Origin: Eledone cirrhosa
Taxonomy: Eukaryota
Assembly: GCA_964016885.1 (NCBI GenBank)
Contig: OZ024740.1
Span: 240,250,001-240,314,000, forward strand
Direction: 5' to 3'
DNA length: 64,000 nucleotides
Position numbers and translations under genes: made by a program. Below the pieces are notes generated by a model, which saw nothing but the letters and a program-made list of their open reading frames with translations, did not search any database and was not told where the DNA came from. Every line of letters begins with the position of its first letter. The stretch's first letter is position 1. Positions 1-14,948 of the stretch are shown here, piece after piece.

Positions 1-295
1 GTGCTTAATGTTTATTTTTTGGTAACGTTATCAATGTTTCCATTTATGACAGTCAATCTATGTTAATATCATCATTTATGTGAAGCAATTTATTCTAATG
101 GAATTTATTAGACATAAAAATGAAGCTAACGAAATATCATTTTCGTCTCATCTCATACAAAAACGGTTTGCCTTCCTGGAATATTATGTTTTATAACTAA
201 AAGTAGATGCTTTCATGTATTACATGCATTTATTAGGTTTATAGATATTATTAAGACCTATAAACCACATGACTGCTGAAGCAATGTATATACAT

Positions 296-435
<140 letters not shown>

Positions 436-583
436 CCAAAGTGTCGTCTTCCTGTCTTCCTTCGGTTGCAACATTTTTTGAAATATTTACTTCTGCGTTC
501 ACAGATTGACTTTTTTAGTTTCAGAAGATCCCGTTAAGGGTGAACGCAGCGATTCTTTGCTTAAACTTTAATCTGTTATTTTA

Positions 584-746
<163 letters not shown>

Positions 747-768
747 CGATTCAACCCGGAATAACGTG

Positions 769-951
<183 letters not shown>

Positions 952-1139
952 AGCAATAATTACCACTCATCATATACAAGACTCAATAGAATTTACATCA
1001 CTAGATTTGTTGAGGTGAATATTGATTTCTTTCTGAGGAACCAAGCAAATCTCATTCTAAACGAGACGTATCCTCCATTGCATTTGGAGTGGTGAAAGGC
1101 AAAATTGGCTCTGTTGAAATTTAAACTTTTAAAGGAATG

Positions 1140-1705
1140 AGAGTCTTCTTTTTTTCGCCCACTTATTCCTGAGAAGGTCGTGGAGGCAGAGTCCTTAAGA
1201 ACCCCCGCCAGAGGATCCTGTCAGAAGCAGTCGTTTCCAACTGATCCGGCTGGATCCCCAAGCGTGACCAACCAAGCTCATGGAAGTTATCCAACTATCT
1301 TGCTCGGGGTCTACCTTTGGGTCTCCTACCCGTTGGTTTCGCCTATAAAATCTGTCCAGCGATTCTTTCCTGAGACGTTCTAACCACATGCCCACAGTAT
1401 CGGAGCTATTATCTCTCAATTCGGAGAAGTAGCGGCTCTACCTGGAGTGACTCTCTGATCTCCAAATTATGCACTTTATCGAGTGACGTTACCAAAGACC
1501 CTTCGGAGGAACACCATTTTGGCTGTTTGTATTCGCGATGGTATTCTTTCAGACATTACCCAAGATTCATGACCATAGGTAAGTGTTGGCACGAAAATCG
1601 AATCGAAGACAGCTAGTTTGGCTTTTACACCTACCTCCCTTCTTCTGATTACTGAATGCTGAAACTGGCGCATTACTGCACCAGCTTTTACAATTTTTGT
1701 ATTTG
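1140..1705 (-). mobile_element. RTE-clade LINE 3' fragment (decayed)
   Basis: Peptide KAKLAVFDSIFVPTLTYGHESW...FLRRVFG is typical of the RTE RT C-terminal region. Closely related copy at 46135-46960. Confidence 0.85.
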
Positions 1706-2631
1706 GAACGAGAGTCGTTAAACTAAATATTGAATCAATTTCAGTCCATTTATAGCATCTCACCAACCTAAATGACATTAAATAATACATTTATGTGTTG
1801 TCGATAAACCATTTTCTACCTTGAATTATTTATTTAATGAGGTTTCCTAGAAGTTTTTATGGAGTCTGTTACTATTGAAGGCATTTCTATCAAATATTTC
1901 TCCAAATAGTTCTTACAATAATTAGTATTTTTAAGAGCCATTGACGGTTTGTATGAAGATGAGCATAATTAGTATCATTGTTATTCTCATTTCTTCTTTC
2001 CTTCATCTTTATCATCACCATCATCATGAACCATTTATAGTGGTCAGCTTCTGCTTAGGTTAAAAATCTACGAGTAATATCAGATGTATATATAAAAGCA
2101 AGTTATGTATTAATGAATAGAACAGCAATCCTTTGGATATTTTTTGTTTCCTGTTTACTATTCATATAACAAACCACATTTTGTCACTGTTGTTGTTCAC
2201 ACATCGTTTCCTATATTCTCTAACAATATAATGAGTGGAACCATTTCTAAGAGATATTTGGAAGAAATTATTCAAGTGAGAAGTCGGTGTTGATATTTCT
2301 TTAAAATACACGCTTTCATTCTATTTATTGTTAATGTAACCCACTTATGATAAATATTGTTTTGCATTTTTCTTTTTATTCTTTTACTGGTTTCCGCCAT
2401 CATACTGCAGCCATTCTATGGCATCGCCTTCATTTAATCGACCATATCGTCCCCAGTACTTGTTTTTCAAGTCTGGACTTATTTTATCGATCTCTGTTTG
2501 GTCAATCCACTAGGTCACGTGTCATAAATACGAAGACATAAACATAGACAGCAACATACACACACATAGAAATGCATATACATACACCCCCACATATGTA
2601 TATATGTGTGTGCGCGTGCGTGCGTGCGTGC

Positions 2632-2719
<88 letters not shown>

Positions 2720-2847
2720 CGGGCTTCTGCAGTTTCCGTCGACCAAATTACGATCACAAAATACTGTTCTACGCGAGGCTATAGTAAAAGATACTTGCTC
2801 AAGATGCCATACAGCGCGACTGAACACCGAACCATGTAGTTACGAGG

Positions 2848-2927
<80 letters not shown>

Positions 2928-3016
2928 TTTTTTTTTTGTTCAATTGAAGAAAGTTGGTTCATTGAAAATCTGCCGACCTTTTCACGATTTTTGTTCTTCC
3001 GGAGTTTTATTATAAT

Positions 3017-3243
3017 AATAAACAAGAAAGACGGTTTCATTTGTACATCCCTATCTATTTTGTTATACGTATTTCAAAGATTGGTCGCTGAAGGGAATAA
3101 CACGTATGACCGGTAACATATCTATGGATATTTACATCTCGTTTGGATTTTTGTCTGAAGAGAACATGTAGGGCAGTTGTATAACAACTGCCTTACGTCT
3201 TTAAAATAAATAGGGATATACAAATGAAACCGTCTTTCTTGTT

Positions 3244-3247
<4 letters not shown>
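3017..3247. mobile_element. Fold-back element with ~45-bp inverted ends and a split hammerhead relic
   Basis: Inverted repeat AATAAACAAGAAAGACGGTTTCATTTGTACATCCCTAT / ATAGGGATATACAAATGAAACCGTCTTTCTTGTTTATT. Plus strand has TTTTGT-CTGAAGA plus a long hairpin; minus strand has GAAA-TACGTA-TA/ACAAAA. (TA)n follows. Confidence 0.6.
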
Positions 3248-3306
<59 letters not shown>

Positions 3307-3618
3307 ATACATTAACAGAGAAAGCCTTAAGCTATACTCTGACTGGTTACCATCTCACTCAACAAACATTAGGATATACCTTAGTATAATCCCAATTTTA
3401 TGTTTGGGTGCTAACTATATGTATTTTGCGGAAAGCCAGTTGTATTATTTTATATGAGATATAATTAAAATTAAAATATATCTCTCTTTCCAAACAATTG
3501 TTTCATTATAAGTGTTCTACAAGTTGGGAGAATGTGTCCAGGTTATGTAGAAGCCTGCACATTATTCTGTAAGAACATATGCAGGTGGGCACTTATAAAT
3601 CATCAGTGGATGCCCGTC

Positions 3619-3790
<172 letters not shown>

Positions 3791-4106
3791 TTTTTTTAAA
3801 CAGTACATCTAACGAGGTTTCATTGAGGAATTTTCTTACGTCATTTCTGAAGTTTCCAATACCAGTTGTTCTTAATGCCAACTGTATTTCGTTTCATATG
3901 ATAGTTAACCATTTAAATAAAATTTAACTTGAGGACCTAATCCTGTGTTTACTTTTAATTAAATAATCGCAATCAGGCTGAATTTAAGTTAATTAATTTA
4001 ATTTAAGACATTTTGAATAATTAATATATTTACTACCAGAGGTTATTATTTCTTTACTCTTTTTTTTTTATTTCTGTTTTTTTGCTTATGTTAAAAACAA
4101 TTATTA

Positions 4107-4160
<54 letters not shown>

Positions 4161-4161
4161 G

Positions 4162-4580
4162 AAGGGCGGTGGATTGGCAGTATCGGTGGAGGGTCGGACG
4201 CCATGCTTTCCAGCATAGTTACGTCCCTTTACGATCTGAGTTCAAATCCCGCCGAGGTTGACTTTGCCTTTCATCCTTACGGGCTCGATAAAATAAAGTA
4301 CCAGTAATGCACTGGGTAATTGCTGGCCTTGTGCCTAAAGTAGAAACAATTATTATTATTATTATTATTATTGGAGTCTCAAGGGCGGTGGATTGGCAGT
4401 GTCGGTAGAACATCGGACACCATGCTTTGCAGCATAGAGTTACGGTCCTTTACAGTCTGAGTTCAAATCCCGCCGAGGTTAACTTTGCCTTTCATCTTTA
4501 CGGGGTCGATAAAATAAAGCAGCAGTAACGTACTGGGATCGATTTAATGGACTTTCCCCTATAGTAGAAATCATTATTAT
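4162..4580 (+). mobile_element. Two tandem copies of the dominant tRNA-derived SINE
   Basis: A-box-like TGGCAGTATCGG, B-box GAGTTCAAATCC, central GCCTTTCATCCTTACGGGGTCGATAAAATAAAGTACCAG (resembles the Meta-type SINE core), (ATT)n tail. Confidence 0.9.
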
Positions 4581-4589
4581 TGGAGTCTC

Positions 4590-5100
4590 AGTTATTGATG
4601 TTATTTAACTGGAAAGTTTGTTAATATCAAGCCGCTACCTGCAGCCTCAGATATTCAGGACGTATCGGAGGGTTCTTGCTGTCCCCAGCAAGCATGCCTT
4701 TTGAAGTGTTCCAAAAAACGGGGCTGGACTAATGTTCTTTAGCCACCCTAGAAAAGTCTTTAAGATAGTACCTAGTGCTCCTCTGACAATCGGGACGACC
4801 TTGATCTCATGACAGTCCCACTTTAAATCCTGGTATTGGTTAATTTTCTCCTCCTTTTCTTGCACTCTTGGGTCAAAGGAGTAGGCTACATCTACAATCA
4901 GGCACGGTCTTTTTGTCCTTGTCAAAAACCACCAGGTCAGGCCTATTGTGTTCCAGTTTCTTGTCCGTCTGTATCCTAAAATCCCACAGCACCTTCACTT
5001 GATCCTTTTCTAACACCGACTCTGGCTTATGCTCATACCACTTCTCAGAATGTGGTAAATCATTTAGTTTGCATAAATGCCAGTGAATCACCTTTCCAAT
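4590..5100 (-). mobile_element. R4/Dong-like (restriction-like endonuclease) LINE 3' fragment
   Basis: IHWHLCK...WYEHKPESV...VLWDFRIQTDKKLEHNRPDLVV...VVPIVRGALG...LQKACLLGTARTLR. Related copy at 52635-52915. Confidence 0.85.
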
Positions 5101-5419
5101 GAACTTTATTTATTTCTATAAACAAAAGAAAGAAAACTTGGACGAAATGCACTCTAAAACTGTCACGTGACAACAGTTCAAACGTAACGTTGGAAACCGT
5201 CCCTGTTACCATCACAGATATGAACAGTGTTACCACTACCACCACAGACTATCACCTTCACTATTCAAGACAAAACACAACAACAACTATATTGCAACAC
5301 CACCACCACTGCCACTACCACAACAACAACAACAACAACAACAGCAACTGGAAAAAGTGTCATAGAAACAAATGGGAAAACCAGCAACAGCGACAACAAC
5401 AATATGTATATCCAAGTCA

Positions 5420-6925
5420 TCTGGAGCGGGGCGTAGTATCGCTGATGAGGAAAGATGAAAATGAGGAGGAAGTTCTAAGTAATTTCAGTCCTATAACTCT
5501 GCTAACCACAGAGTTTAAGATTTTGGCCGGCCAAGGTGCTAGAAACGAGGTTGGTATTTGTTATAAGTCTTGTTGGGAGACGCAGACATGCGCAATCCCG
5601 CCCAGGTTTATACACGACAAACACCATTTCATGCGATACATCATAGGGTGGGTCAGGAGTAAACCTGGCTTTGGTGGGGTTCTCATCAATTTATATCAAT
5701 GGAAATCTTTTGATAGGTCGACCTTCGATATCTAGAAGTTGTCCTCAAGCCAGCTGGTTTCGGTCCCGTTATCAAAGGTTTAATCGCTGCAATGCACAGT
5801 GGAATCTGCTTGGTGATCAGAGTAAATGGTCACCTATCGGAACCGTTTAAACACACTTGGTCCGACAAGAATACCTTTTCTCCTCTCTTCTATATATGTT
5901 GGCTCTGGAGCCATTACTGCGGAAGCTGGAGCTGTTGCAATACAACTCGATTGAAATGGGACGTGAACAGGCTGTCATTATATGTGGTTCCGAGGTTGAC
6001 TTTGCCTTTCATCCTTACGGGGTCGATAAAATAAAGTACTAGTAATGCACTGGGTAATTGCTGGCCTTGTGCCTAACGTAGAAACAATTATATGTGGTTG
6101 GGAACTTCTTAGAGAAATATGAAACATTGACGGAAGCAAAAATCAATCCGGGTAAGTTGGTTGGTTTGCAGCTCGGCACCTGGAGATGCAAATCTATACC
6201 GTTCAACAGCGTCGTCGGACGCTGGACAGACGGACAGGTCAAGTTACTTGGTGTCTGGTTGTGGTGCGGATAGAAACTAGGACAAATTAACGGGCAGAGT
6301 GGCCACTCTCATCCAGAAATGGGCCGAGAGGAAGCTATCCCTGAAAGATCGGATGGAAATAGTTAACGAGTATATCGCATCCGTCATCTATTACCGCTTG
6401 ACCGTCTTGCTTTGCCCCTATCATCGCTTTACCAATTCGGAGCACTTTTACTTCTTGCGGAAGGGACTAGTTCCACAGGTGAGGCAATCTATATGCTGCC
6501 AACACTCTTTACGTGGGGGGGGGGGGCTGAACGTGTCGTGGCTGGTGATGCGCAAACATGCGCTGAGGCTACGTCATCTCCAAATATTCCTAAAAGATTT
6601 TCAGGGGTTGTCACTCTTTGCCAGGCTTGTCTTTCTGTAGCTCGTCTTTGACAGTCGTGGGTCAAGCGAAGACCGAGATTAGGCGCCTGGCATCTGAAAT
6701 GTTGTCAGGAGCTCACAGTCCTCTACCAATCGGGAAATGCGATCAGTGGAAATTCCACCCTTGCGTTCTATAGAAAACTAGTTGTGGGCAAGAGCGACGA
6801 CGCTCTTGGAGAAACTTTAGGCGTCGACGAACTAGCCAGTCTGTTCCGGAGAACGTTCGGTACGGGGACTATAGACAATCTCCAGAAATCCCTAGCCTGG
6901 CCTACCGAGGAACACTGCCGGTTTG
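5420..6925 (+). mobile_element. Decayed Tx1/L1-like LINE RT region interrupted by a SINE fragment (5985-6090)
   Basis: Frameshifted RT motifs NFSPITLLTTEFKILA, VRQ..SSLLYMLALEPLL, LSLKDR, GGGLNV. DNA similarity to 51600-51870. Confidence 0.8.
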
Positions 6926-6944
6926 AGACAAACTCTACAGTGAA

Positions 6945-7530
6945 GTACCAGTAAGGCACTAGGGTCGATTTAATCGACTTCCCATCCCTCAAAATTGTTG
7001 GCCTTGTGCCTAAATTATAATTATTGTTATATGATTTAGGGTGATGGATTTCTTGAATCGGTAGAGCATCGGACAGCATTTTTAGTGACATAGAGTTATG
7101 GCCCTTTATGTCCTGAGTTCAAATCCCGTCGAGGTTAACTTTGCCTTTCATCCTTACAATGTCGATAAAATAAAGTACCAGTCACACTGGGGTCGATTTA
7201 ATCGACTTTCCCCTCCTCCAAAATTACTGGTCTTGTACCTAAATCAGAAACCATAGAGTTACGGCCATTTACGGTCTGAGTTCAAATCCCACCGAGGTCA
7301 ACTTTTCCTTTCATCCTTATGGGGTCGATAAAATAAAGTACCAGTAATACACTGGATATTTGCTCGCCTTGTGCCAAAAGTAGAAATAATTATTATATGG
7401 TTAGTTAGTTATTAGCTTTGCCTTTCATCCTTATGGGATTGATAAAATAAAATACCAGTAACGCACTTGGGTTCGATTTATTCGACTTTTCTCTCCCCTG
7501 GCCTTGTGCCTAAGTTATAAACAATTATTA
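6945..7530 (+). mobile_element. Cluster of about 4 full or partial SINE copies
   Basis: Repeated GAGTTCAAATCCC...CTTTCATCCTTA..GGTCGATAAAATAAAGTACCAG. Confidence 0.85.
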
Positions 7531-8499
7531 TTATTGATATCGTTGATGATGTTATTTATTCAGTTCTCCTATTCCTGTTTGTTGCGTTTTTTTACTGCAC
7601 TCTAATGTAGTCTTGTGTACTTTGGTTGGCTACTTACATTATTTCATATTGTTTTTGTTTTTCTATTGCTTTAAAAGTATTCTATATAATATGTATGCAG
7701 TGCACAGTATTGCTATTTTGTATAAGTTTAGTATGTATTTCTGACATTTAGTATTTGGTTATTTATTCGTTTGCTTCTCTTTTTATCATCCCCCGGGCTC
7801 ATGTATTGTTTCTATTTTCGTTTCCCTCGTTCTGGATATTTTTATTTTCCGTTTTTCTTTTTATTTGGATAGCTTCTACATTTCTTTCAGAGATATAATA
7901 TCATCCGTTGAAGTTGATACGTCGATTTGGGGACATTTATTTTCCCTTTATTATTCTGATTCCTATTTTTACGATTTTCTCTTTTAATAATGATTTTATA
8001 AATATAGGTATTCACTTTTAGTTTCGCATTAGCTTTCACATGAAATGCAAATTAAATGTATCTATGAATATATTTCCGTTTTTCTAATCAAACCTACAAT
8101 CGGTATTTTTTAATCACATAATCTAGATTTGAAAACCTGTTCTTCATCAAAAAATAAATATCATACAAAACTATGGCAACTGAATATGTGTGAGATATTT
8201 ACTAATGATTTATAGGATTTGTTTACGTAAATAGGAAGTGTATACAGAAACCATCATTAGTATTAATTCTAAAGAGCGGCGTCAGTCTACTAGAAAGATG
8301 TGCTGTCTATCGGAATGGAATCTCATAATCTCTCACGCCATAAGATAATCTCTTTCTTGACTAATCAATATTATTAGCTTCAAAACCAGCTCTAGAAGAT
8401 TATTTTCGGAAAGATATTTTTAATTCTAGATGCCAGTGTCACAAGAGTTACCAGTGTCATAGTTTCGCTGGCGTCACATGCTCTACAATATCAGGAGTG

Positions 8500-9560
8500 T
8501 GTCATTGGTATTTTTTCGGTGGTTAGATTAAATGACTACCTAACAGAACTGATTCAATGTACACACTCGATCCATAAAGGGTGTCCTCTATTATCGGTCC
8601 TGTATGTTTTTCGATCTGAAGCTATTACTGTAAAGCTAGAGGTATTGAGGGGCATCTTGCACAAGCTGAAAAGTGAAAGTATGGTATTGGCAAACGTCTC
8701 AGGGTATGAGACACCATAAATATCAAATGGTCGGTATGACACTGAAGGAATCCATGAATGTATTAGACATATATTGATAAGGATAATCAGGTTGGGTTGC
8801 AGTTTTGATCTGATCAGGCTGAAGCGACTGCGCTGTAGCGTCATATGGAATGGGTGCCATACATTGGTCAGAATGTCTATCCTCTGCCAACACGTGCTAC
8901 ATGGAGGGGTTGGTATGTCGTGGCTGATGATATGCAGGCAGTCGTTGAGGCTTCCACAGCTTGAAGAGATACTTGAACGGAAAATTTCTGAGGCACGTTT
9001 TCCCGCAGGCCGTCTCTGACGGAGCAATGGTTTTGGATGAAGCAAAGACCATGACTGGATGTCTATCATCTGAGATGTCATCAGGCGCTCAGCGCTCACA
9101 GGTCCCTATCAGTCGATCAAGGAGGCTGATGGCACATCACTTGCATTCTATAGAGAGATAGGCATTCTAAAGAAAGATGAACATTCTATAGGGAAAGTGT
9201 GCCGACATTCTCGGGAAAACATTCGGCGTCAAAGAAGAACAACTGAACAACTTATTCCAGGCGACTTCCTCTTCAGAGACTATGAATATCCACCAGAGAT
9301 CCTTGACATGGCAGCACTACCGAGGAGAATTGCCAGTTTTGGATAAAGTTTACAGGCATGTTAAGCGACGAGATCTGGACTTACGAAGATGTGCACCTGG
9401 AAAAAAAACGTTCTGTGCGTACTCCGAGAATTATTGGCTTGTGGCGTTCTATCGAACAAACATTTTAGAGTGTAGAACGGATCTCGTTATCAGAGGATCA
9501 CATAACCACCTTCCTTTCACTGGGAAATACCAGCAATTTTCCTCTGAGATGACCATGGAG
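8500..9560 (+). mobile_element. Highly decayed Tx1/L1-like LINE fragment
   Basis: SIHKGCPLLS, HGGVGMSWL and QRSLTWQHYRGELPVLDKVYRH match the peptides at 5420-6925 and 51718-52158. Confidence 0.65.
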
Positions 9561-9849
9561 AAAGAAATTGAGATTTAATTCTAAAGTTACAAGCTTTAAA
9601 GAGTAGATCTTTCTGAAGATCAAGCAGACCTGGTCATCATATATCTTAATAAAATATCACATGAAAAAATGGTATATCAATGTCACCAGGATAAATGAAA
9701 TGATATATGAAACAGCTACAGGAGTTACGAAGAAAAATCGGTACTACCTCCTCAGGCATACTCATATATGAACATTAAAACCCAGAGAGACTAACGCGGA
9801 AAACAAATATACGTAAAAATAAACATAGAAACTAGGGAAACGATATCTC

Positions 9850-10738
9850 AAACCTTAGTGGAATCAATAATAAAGGGATAGAATTGAAAAAAAAAGAGAC
9901 AAATACAACGGTAATATGATACTTTAAAAAGATGTATCTGAAATCACAGCCCTGAAAAAAGAGATTTTGCTATATCGCAAAACATCGGTGTTATGTAAAA
10001 TAACAACGACCTTTTAAACAAGACAAACAGTTCAACTCCAACAGAAAACGATTTTATCAAGAACGAAATAAAATTCCAATATAAATCAATACAACACCGA
10101 TAGCAAAAGAGGCAGAGGAATTGTTTAAAATAGCGCACCAATTGTCTGAGAGAGCAGGACGTAAGTAGAAGCTGCAAAAACAATCTGGTTAGTATAATGA
10201 AATCTTGAATTTCTAATTAATATATTTAACGGGGACACATATGGGGCTAGTAAATATGTTTAATATGATACGGATAGACCAAGGGACAACACTTGACTGA
10301 CTCAATCGGGAAAAGAAAACTATCTTAAACACCAATAATAAAGAAATGGAAAACTAAAAACTAACTACAATGACTACCCAACTGCAATAATATCGCAGAT
10401 AATAAATCAATATCTGTAAAAAAAAAAAAAACTTATTCCAGAAGAACAGAAAGGCTGCTGCAACGGCTTCCGTGGCTGTAAAGATCAAATACTGACCTAC
10501 AAAGTCATAACCGAAGATTGTTGGAGAAAGACTCTAAGCAAGCTTTTCTCCCAGAAAGCTTTTCACAATGCTCTCCACGTGTGAGTTCTGGAAATATTAG
10601 CCATGAGTAAAACAGCACCAATAATAAGCAGATACATTAAACACGACATGAGTAAAAGGCAACCTACTTTGCAGATACATGATAAAGGAAATTATAAAGT
10701 AGCCCGAACCCCATTAGAAAAGGAATATTCCAAAGAGA

Positions 10739-10783
<45 letters not shown>

Positions 10784-11480
10784 TCTCTCACACACACACT
10801 CTCTCTCTCACACACACACACACACTCTCTCTCTCCACTCCTTGTTTGCCTAGCACTAACATAAACATGTGAAACAGGATTGCACATGAATACAAATACT
10901 ATCTTTTAGCTAACTTATGTCCATAGTCGACCCCATGTTGTACGTTGCAGATGATAACCAACTAGAAATACTGATGAAAAGAGTACAGACATGTATTAGA
11001 GGAACTTGCATGAGATACGAATTAGAAAATGTTCCAAAACAACCTTGAAAACAGTAAAATTAATCAAGAACTCTAATATTCTTCTAGATAAGAGAATTGC
11101 AGTAAACACAGATATGCAAATACTTAAGAATCAATGAACTAAACAAAACAAAAATTCACACAAACGAAAGGAAATACTAGGAATATGGTGCGCATTAAAA
11201 CAGAGCTAAATGCAAAACACTAACGTAAAAAATATCAATACTATAGCTACCCCAATATTAGGTTATAATTAGAATATTCTTAATTAAATGCTAAACAAAA
11301 TAACAAGACTAGATAGAGAAAAAAGAGATATAATGATTGTATTTATAATATACCATCTAAAATCACAACGAATGTAGTCTTACCCCACTAGAAGACTTAT
11401 AAAATACCCACTGTAGAACGAAATAATAGTAAAAGAAATAATAGAAAACTAATACAAATAGCTACAAAATGATTGAATAA
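9850..11480 (+). mobile_element. Decayed R4/Dong-like LINE RT region
   Basis: Near 10438 the sequence translates to PEEQKGCCNGFRGCKDQI, a characteristic R4/NeSL-group RT motif. A-rich coding strand, many stops. Boundaries approximate. Confidence 0.6.
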
Positions 11481-12289
11481 ATTGACGTCAGAATAATACT
11501 ATTGTTTCTTTATATTGAGCATTGTAGTAACTCGTCTATCTTCACAGCCTTTCATAACGATATCATATGAACTAATGAGGAAGCCTCAATGTGGTCATTT
11601 GTCCAGCTATATATAGAAGCCAAATCTCCCACAAATTACACTATACCGTCTTAAAAGTGAATGACATAGTAAAAAGCAATCTCTTCAAGTCGTGATTAAT
11701 TTCTAACGTCTCCGATTCTGTCTCTTTCTGAAACACATCTGGAGCCGACTCAGGGATGCCATTCAAATCGCTCTCCTCTTCCTTCTCTATCTACCTTATT
11801 TGTGGCTGGCCGTTCCCTCTACAACTATCCGTTTTTCTTAACATAATGGGTTTTTTTATTAGCCCTTATAACGAGATCAAACATTTAAAATCTTTGTTTA
11901 ACAGTATCTCAACTTTCACATGCTGCAGTATTGATCTCTTTGTTCTTCTTTCCGTCCATGATATTTTCAATGATCGCCCCCTCTGCACTTCATATACATC
12001 AAGTTTTCTTGTATCCTGCTTTTTTAATTGTCCAGCTTTTTTCATCCTCACATCATTAGTGAATGTAGCATTGATTTTAACAGCGTTTCTTTTATTCTTT
12101 GTGACAATCTGCGATACTGTTTTATCGTTCATATTTTTCCCTAGATGCACCATTTAAAAAACAAAAATCGCAATTGTTATGGCTGGAACGCCTTTTATCT
12201 TAATTATGTTCGATCAGGACTGACTTGTGGCTAAACAACAGCAGCAACAGCAATAGCGAAAATATTGGAAAACTTTATCTCTATGTAGC

Positions 12290-12640
12290 TGAAACAAGCT
12301 GAGCAGTTAAGAGGTTTACTTCTCAATCGTGAAGTTGCGAGTTCGATCCCACTGTGTGGTATATCTGACAGATATATTTAATATAGCCTTGGATCAACCT
12401 AAACTTTGTGGATTAAATTGGGTAAACGGAAACTGTGTGGCAGTCCATTGGATGGATTGTACCTGTAAATAAGAGGTACAGCCTTATCATGTAATGTATC
12501 ACGCTGATTCGGCTAGGGAATTATGCTAAAGATACACGTGTCCAAGGGACACTCAGCCACTCACAAACACATTCATTCATGAGTTGGACCTTTAGTTGAT
12601 TGAACAATTGAATGTTCATGTTGAAACCGACGGAAAATCC
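12290..12640 (+). mobile_element. Second tRNA-derived SINE family (decayed)
   Basis: B-box GAGTTCGATCCC near 12339. Body resembles the reverse complement of 49440-49800. Confidence 0.55.
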
Positions 12641-12664
12641 ATTATCAAGTACCAGAAATATATA

Positions 12665-13001
12665 TATAGAAATTTAAGAGTCAAAGTCAGTCTTGCAACA
12701 TATGTACAAACTTTATTTGCATATTACAATTATTTCGATATCGATCAGCTCAGATCGATATCGAAACAAATCAAGGTGACGGCCCGACATTTTTCCACAT
12801 ATCGTCAGATATACGAGCTTATATGTGCAAAGATACATTTAAACTTTGCACATATAAGCTTGCATATCTGACGAGATGCCGAAAAAGTTTCGATTCCGTC
12901 ACCTTGATTGTACCATGGGTGCACGATATCGAAGCAATTGTAATATGCAAATAAAGTTTGTACATATGCTGCAACACTGACTTCGACTCTTTTAATTCTA
13001 T
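12665..13001. mobile_element. Fold-back double-hammerhead element (diverged arms, 11-nt spacer 12833-12843)
   Basis: Arms are reverse complements. Plus HHR 12860-12950: TTGCATAT-CTGACGA-GAT..ATC-GAAG-CAATTG-TA/ATATGCAA. Minus HHR 12717-12816 has CTGACGA..GAAA-TAATTG-TA. Confidence 0.8.
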
Positions 13002-13327
13002 TTACACTCTACACACTACAGCTGTAACTCTGGAATACAACTCAAACGAAACAGACCTCGTGACAGCATTGAGTGCTTCGAACGGCCGGCCGCCTGTAAG
13101 TGTTTTTTTTACACATAACTGAAACATAACCCCCCCCCCCACGAACGTTCGGATCTAGCTATCGAAACGGCCGGAGCTCAGCCGTCGGGGTCCTGACCTT
13201 TTTCCTATTACCCACTCTACTAGCCTAAGTATTGAGTACTCTTTGGCGTTGTGGTCCACCTGGCATTTTACCACACCCTCTTTGTTATACATATATATAT
13301 ATATATATGTATAACAATATATATATA

Positions 13328-13365
<38 letters not shown>

Positions 13366-13370
<5 letters not shown>

Positions 13371-14100
13371 CCTGACAAATCGGATGACGCGTGTTCCCTC
13401 CTCAACTGTCCGATACGTCGTATATAGCATCGAATGTGATAGGTGTAACGAATTCTACATCAGTAGCACCATCCGGCCATTACACGTCCGGATCAAGGAA
13501 CACATCAACACAAGGGCCTCGTTTTTCCGGAAACACGTAATCAAAGACGGAAGGCCCTTTGTCACAGTGTTAGTAACTGAACGCAACGGAACACAACGTC
13601 GGCAGTTTAAGGATCAAGGAGTCACTCTGGATAAAACGTCTCGGACCACAAATCAATAATCGATCCGAGAGAAATGAGACGAAATAGCTGGTGTAACAAC
13701 AACAACACACACACAGTGACAATCGAGCGATTGTTATTGTGTGTATATCGTGCCCACCACCCACCAACCGACAGACAACAGACAGGCAGACTACTACCAC
13801 TATGCCTGCCACTGACAGAACTCAAGTATTTGACAGCGATGATACGTACACACAAACCCACCACCACCACCCCACTACTCTAGTGTAGAAGAACTGCTTC
13901 GAACTTTATCTGACCGCAACAATTCCGCGCGCACATGCGCCTGATAGAGTATTTCAGTTGTACGCACACGGCAAACAACAAAGGCCACGTGTTGTTCTTC
14001 TCCGACACAACCTTTTTTCCCTCGGAAAAATCCCTGTTGATGGATGTGAAATCCGAAATATAGGAACTATTAAATCGCTTCCAAGGTAATTCTATCTCGT
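13366..14100 (+). mobile_element. Penelope-like element 3' fragment: GIY-YIG relic plus 3' region with minimal hammerhead
   Basis: VVYSIECDRCNEFYISSTIRPLHVRIKEH is a PLE GIY-YIG pattern. 14031-14065 reads TCC-CTGTTGA-T-GGAT(GTGAA)ATCC-GAAA-TA-TA/GGA (one core substitution). Preceded by (TA)n. Confidence 0.8.
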
Positions 14101-14119
14101 ATTATTATTTTTTACTTGC

Positions 14120-14590
14120 CATTCTGAGTTCAAATCCCGCCGAGGTTAACTTTGCCTTTCATCCTTACAGGGTCGATAAAATAAAGTACCAGTAATACAC
14201 TGGTAAATTGCTGGCCTTGTGCCTAACGTAGAAACAATTATTTTTTACACTAATCTCGTATTATTATTTTTCCCGCCAAGGTTAACTTTGCCTTTCATCC
14301 TTACGGGGTCGATAAAATAAAGTACCAGTAATGTACTGGGATAATTGCTGGCCTTGTGCCAAAAGTAGAAACAATTATTATTTTTTACACTAATAGAGCG
14401 GTGGATTGGCAGTATCGGTAGAGGGTCGGACGCCATGCTTTGACGCATTGAGTTACGGCCCTTGTCAATCTGAGTTCAAATCCCGCCGATGTTAACTTTG
14501 TCTTTCATCCTTACGTGGTCGATAAAATAAAGTACCTGTAATACACTGGAGTAATAGCTGGCCTTGTGCCAAAAGTAGAAACCAATTGTT
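14120..14590 (+). mobile_element. Three tandem SINE copies or partials
   Basis: Same SINE consensus as 4162-4580. Confidence 0.85.
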
Positions 14591-14735
14591 ATTTTTTACA
14601 CTTTTCCTACGTTCTTTTACGCTCTCTACGTCTCTTTCTACGCTTCCCCTTACATCTCTCTCTCAATACCACGTGATGCTGTTACCCGGGGGTTTACCCA
14701 TCTGCATCGTTGAGGCTTCCAAAACGACTGTTTAT

Positions 14736-14766
<31 letters not shown>

Positions 14767-14767
<1 letters not shown>

Positions 14768-14948
14768 CGTTATTCCGGGTTGAATCGGAGGTAACCACAG
14801 TAAGTAAGGTACTCAATACATTGCAGAGTATAAAAGTTTTAATATAGATGAGATTCTACAGGACTAGAACTGTTTCATTCTTTAGAAATCATCAGTGATT
14901 CCTGATGATTTCTAAAGAATGAAACAGTTATAGTCCTGTAGAATCTCA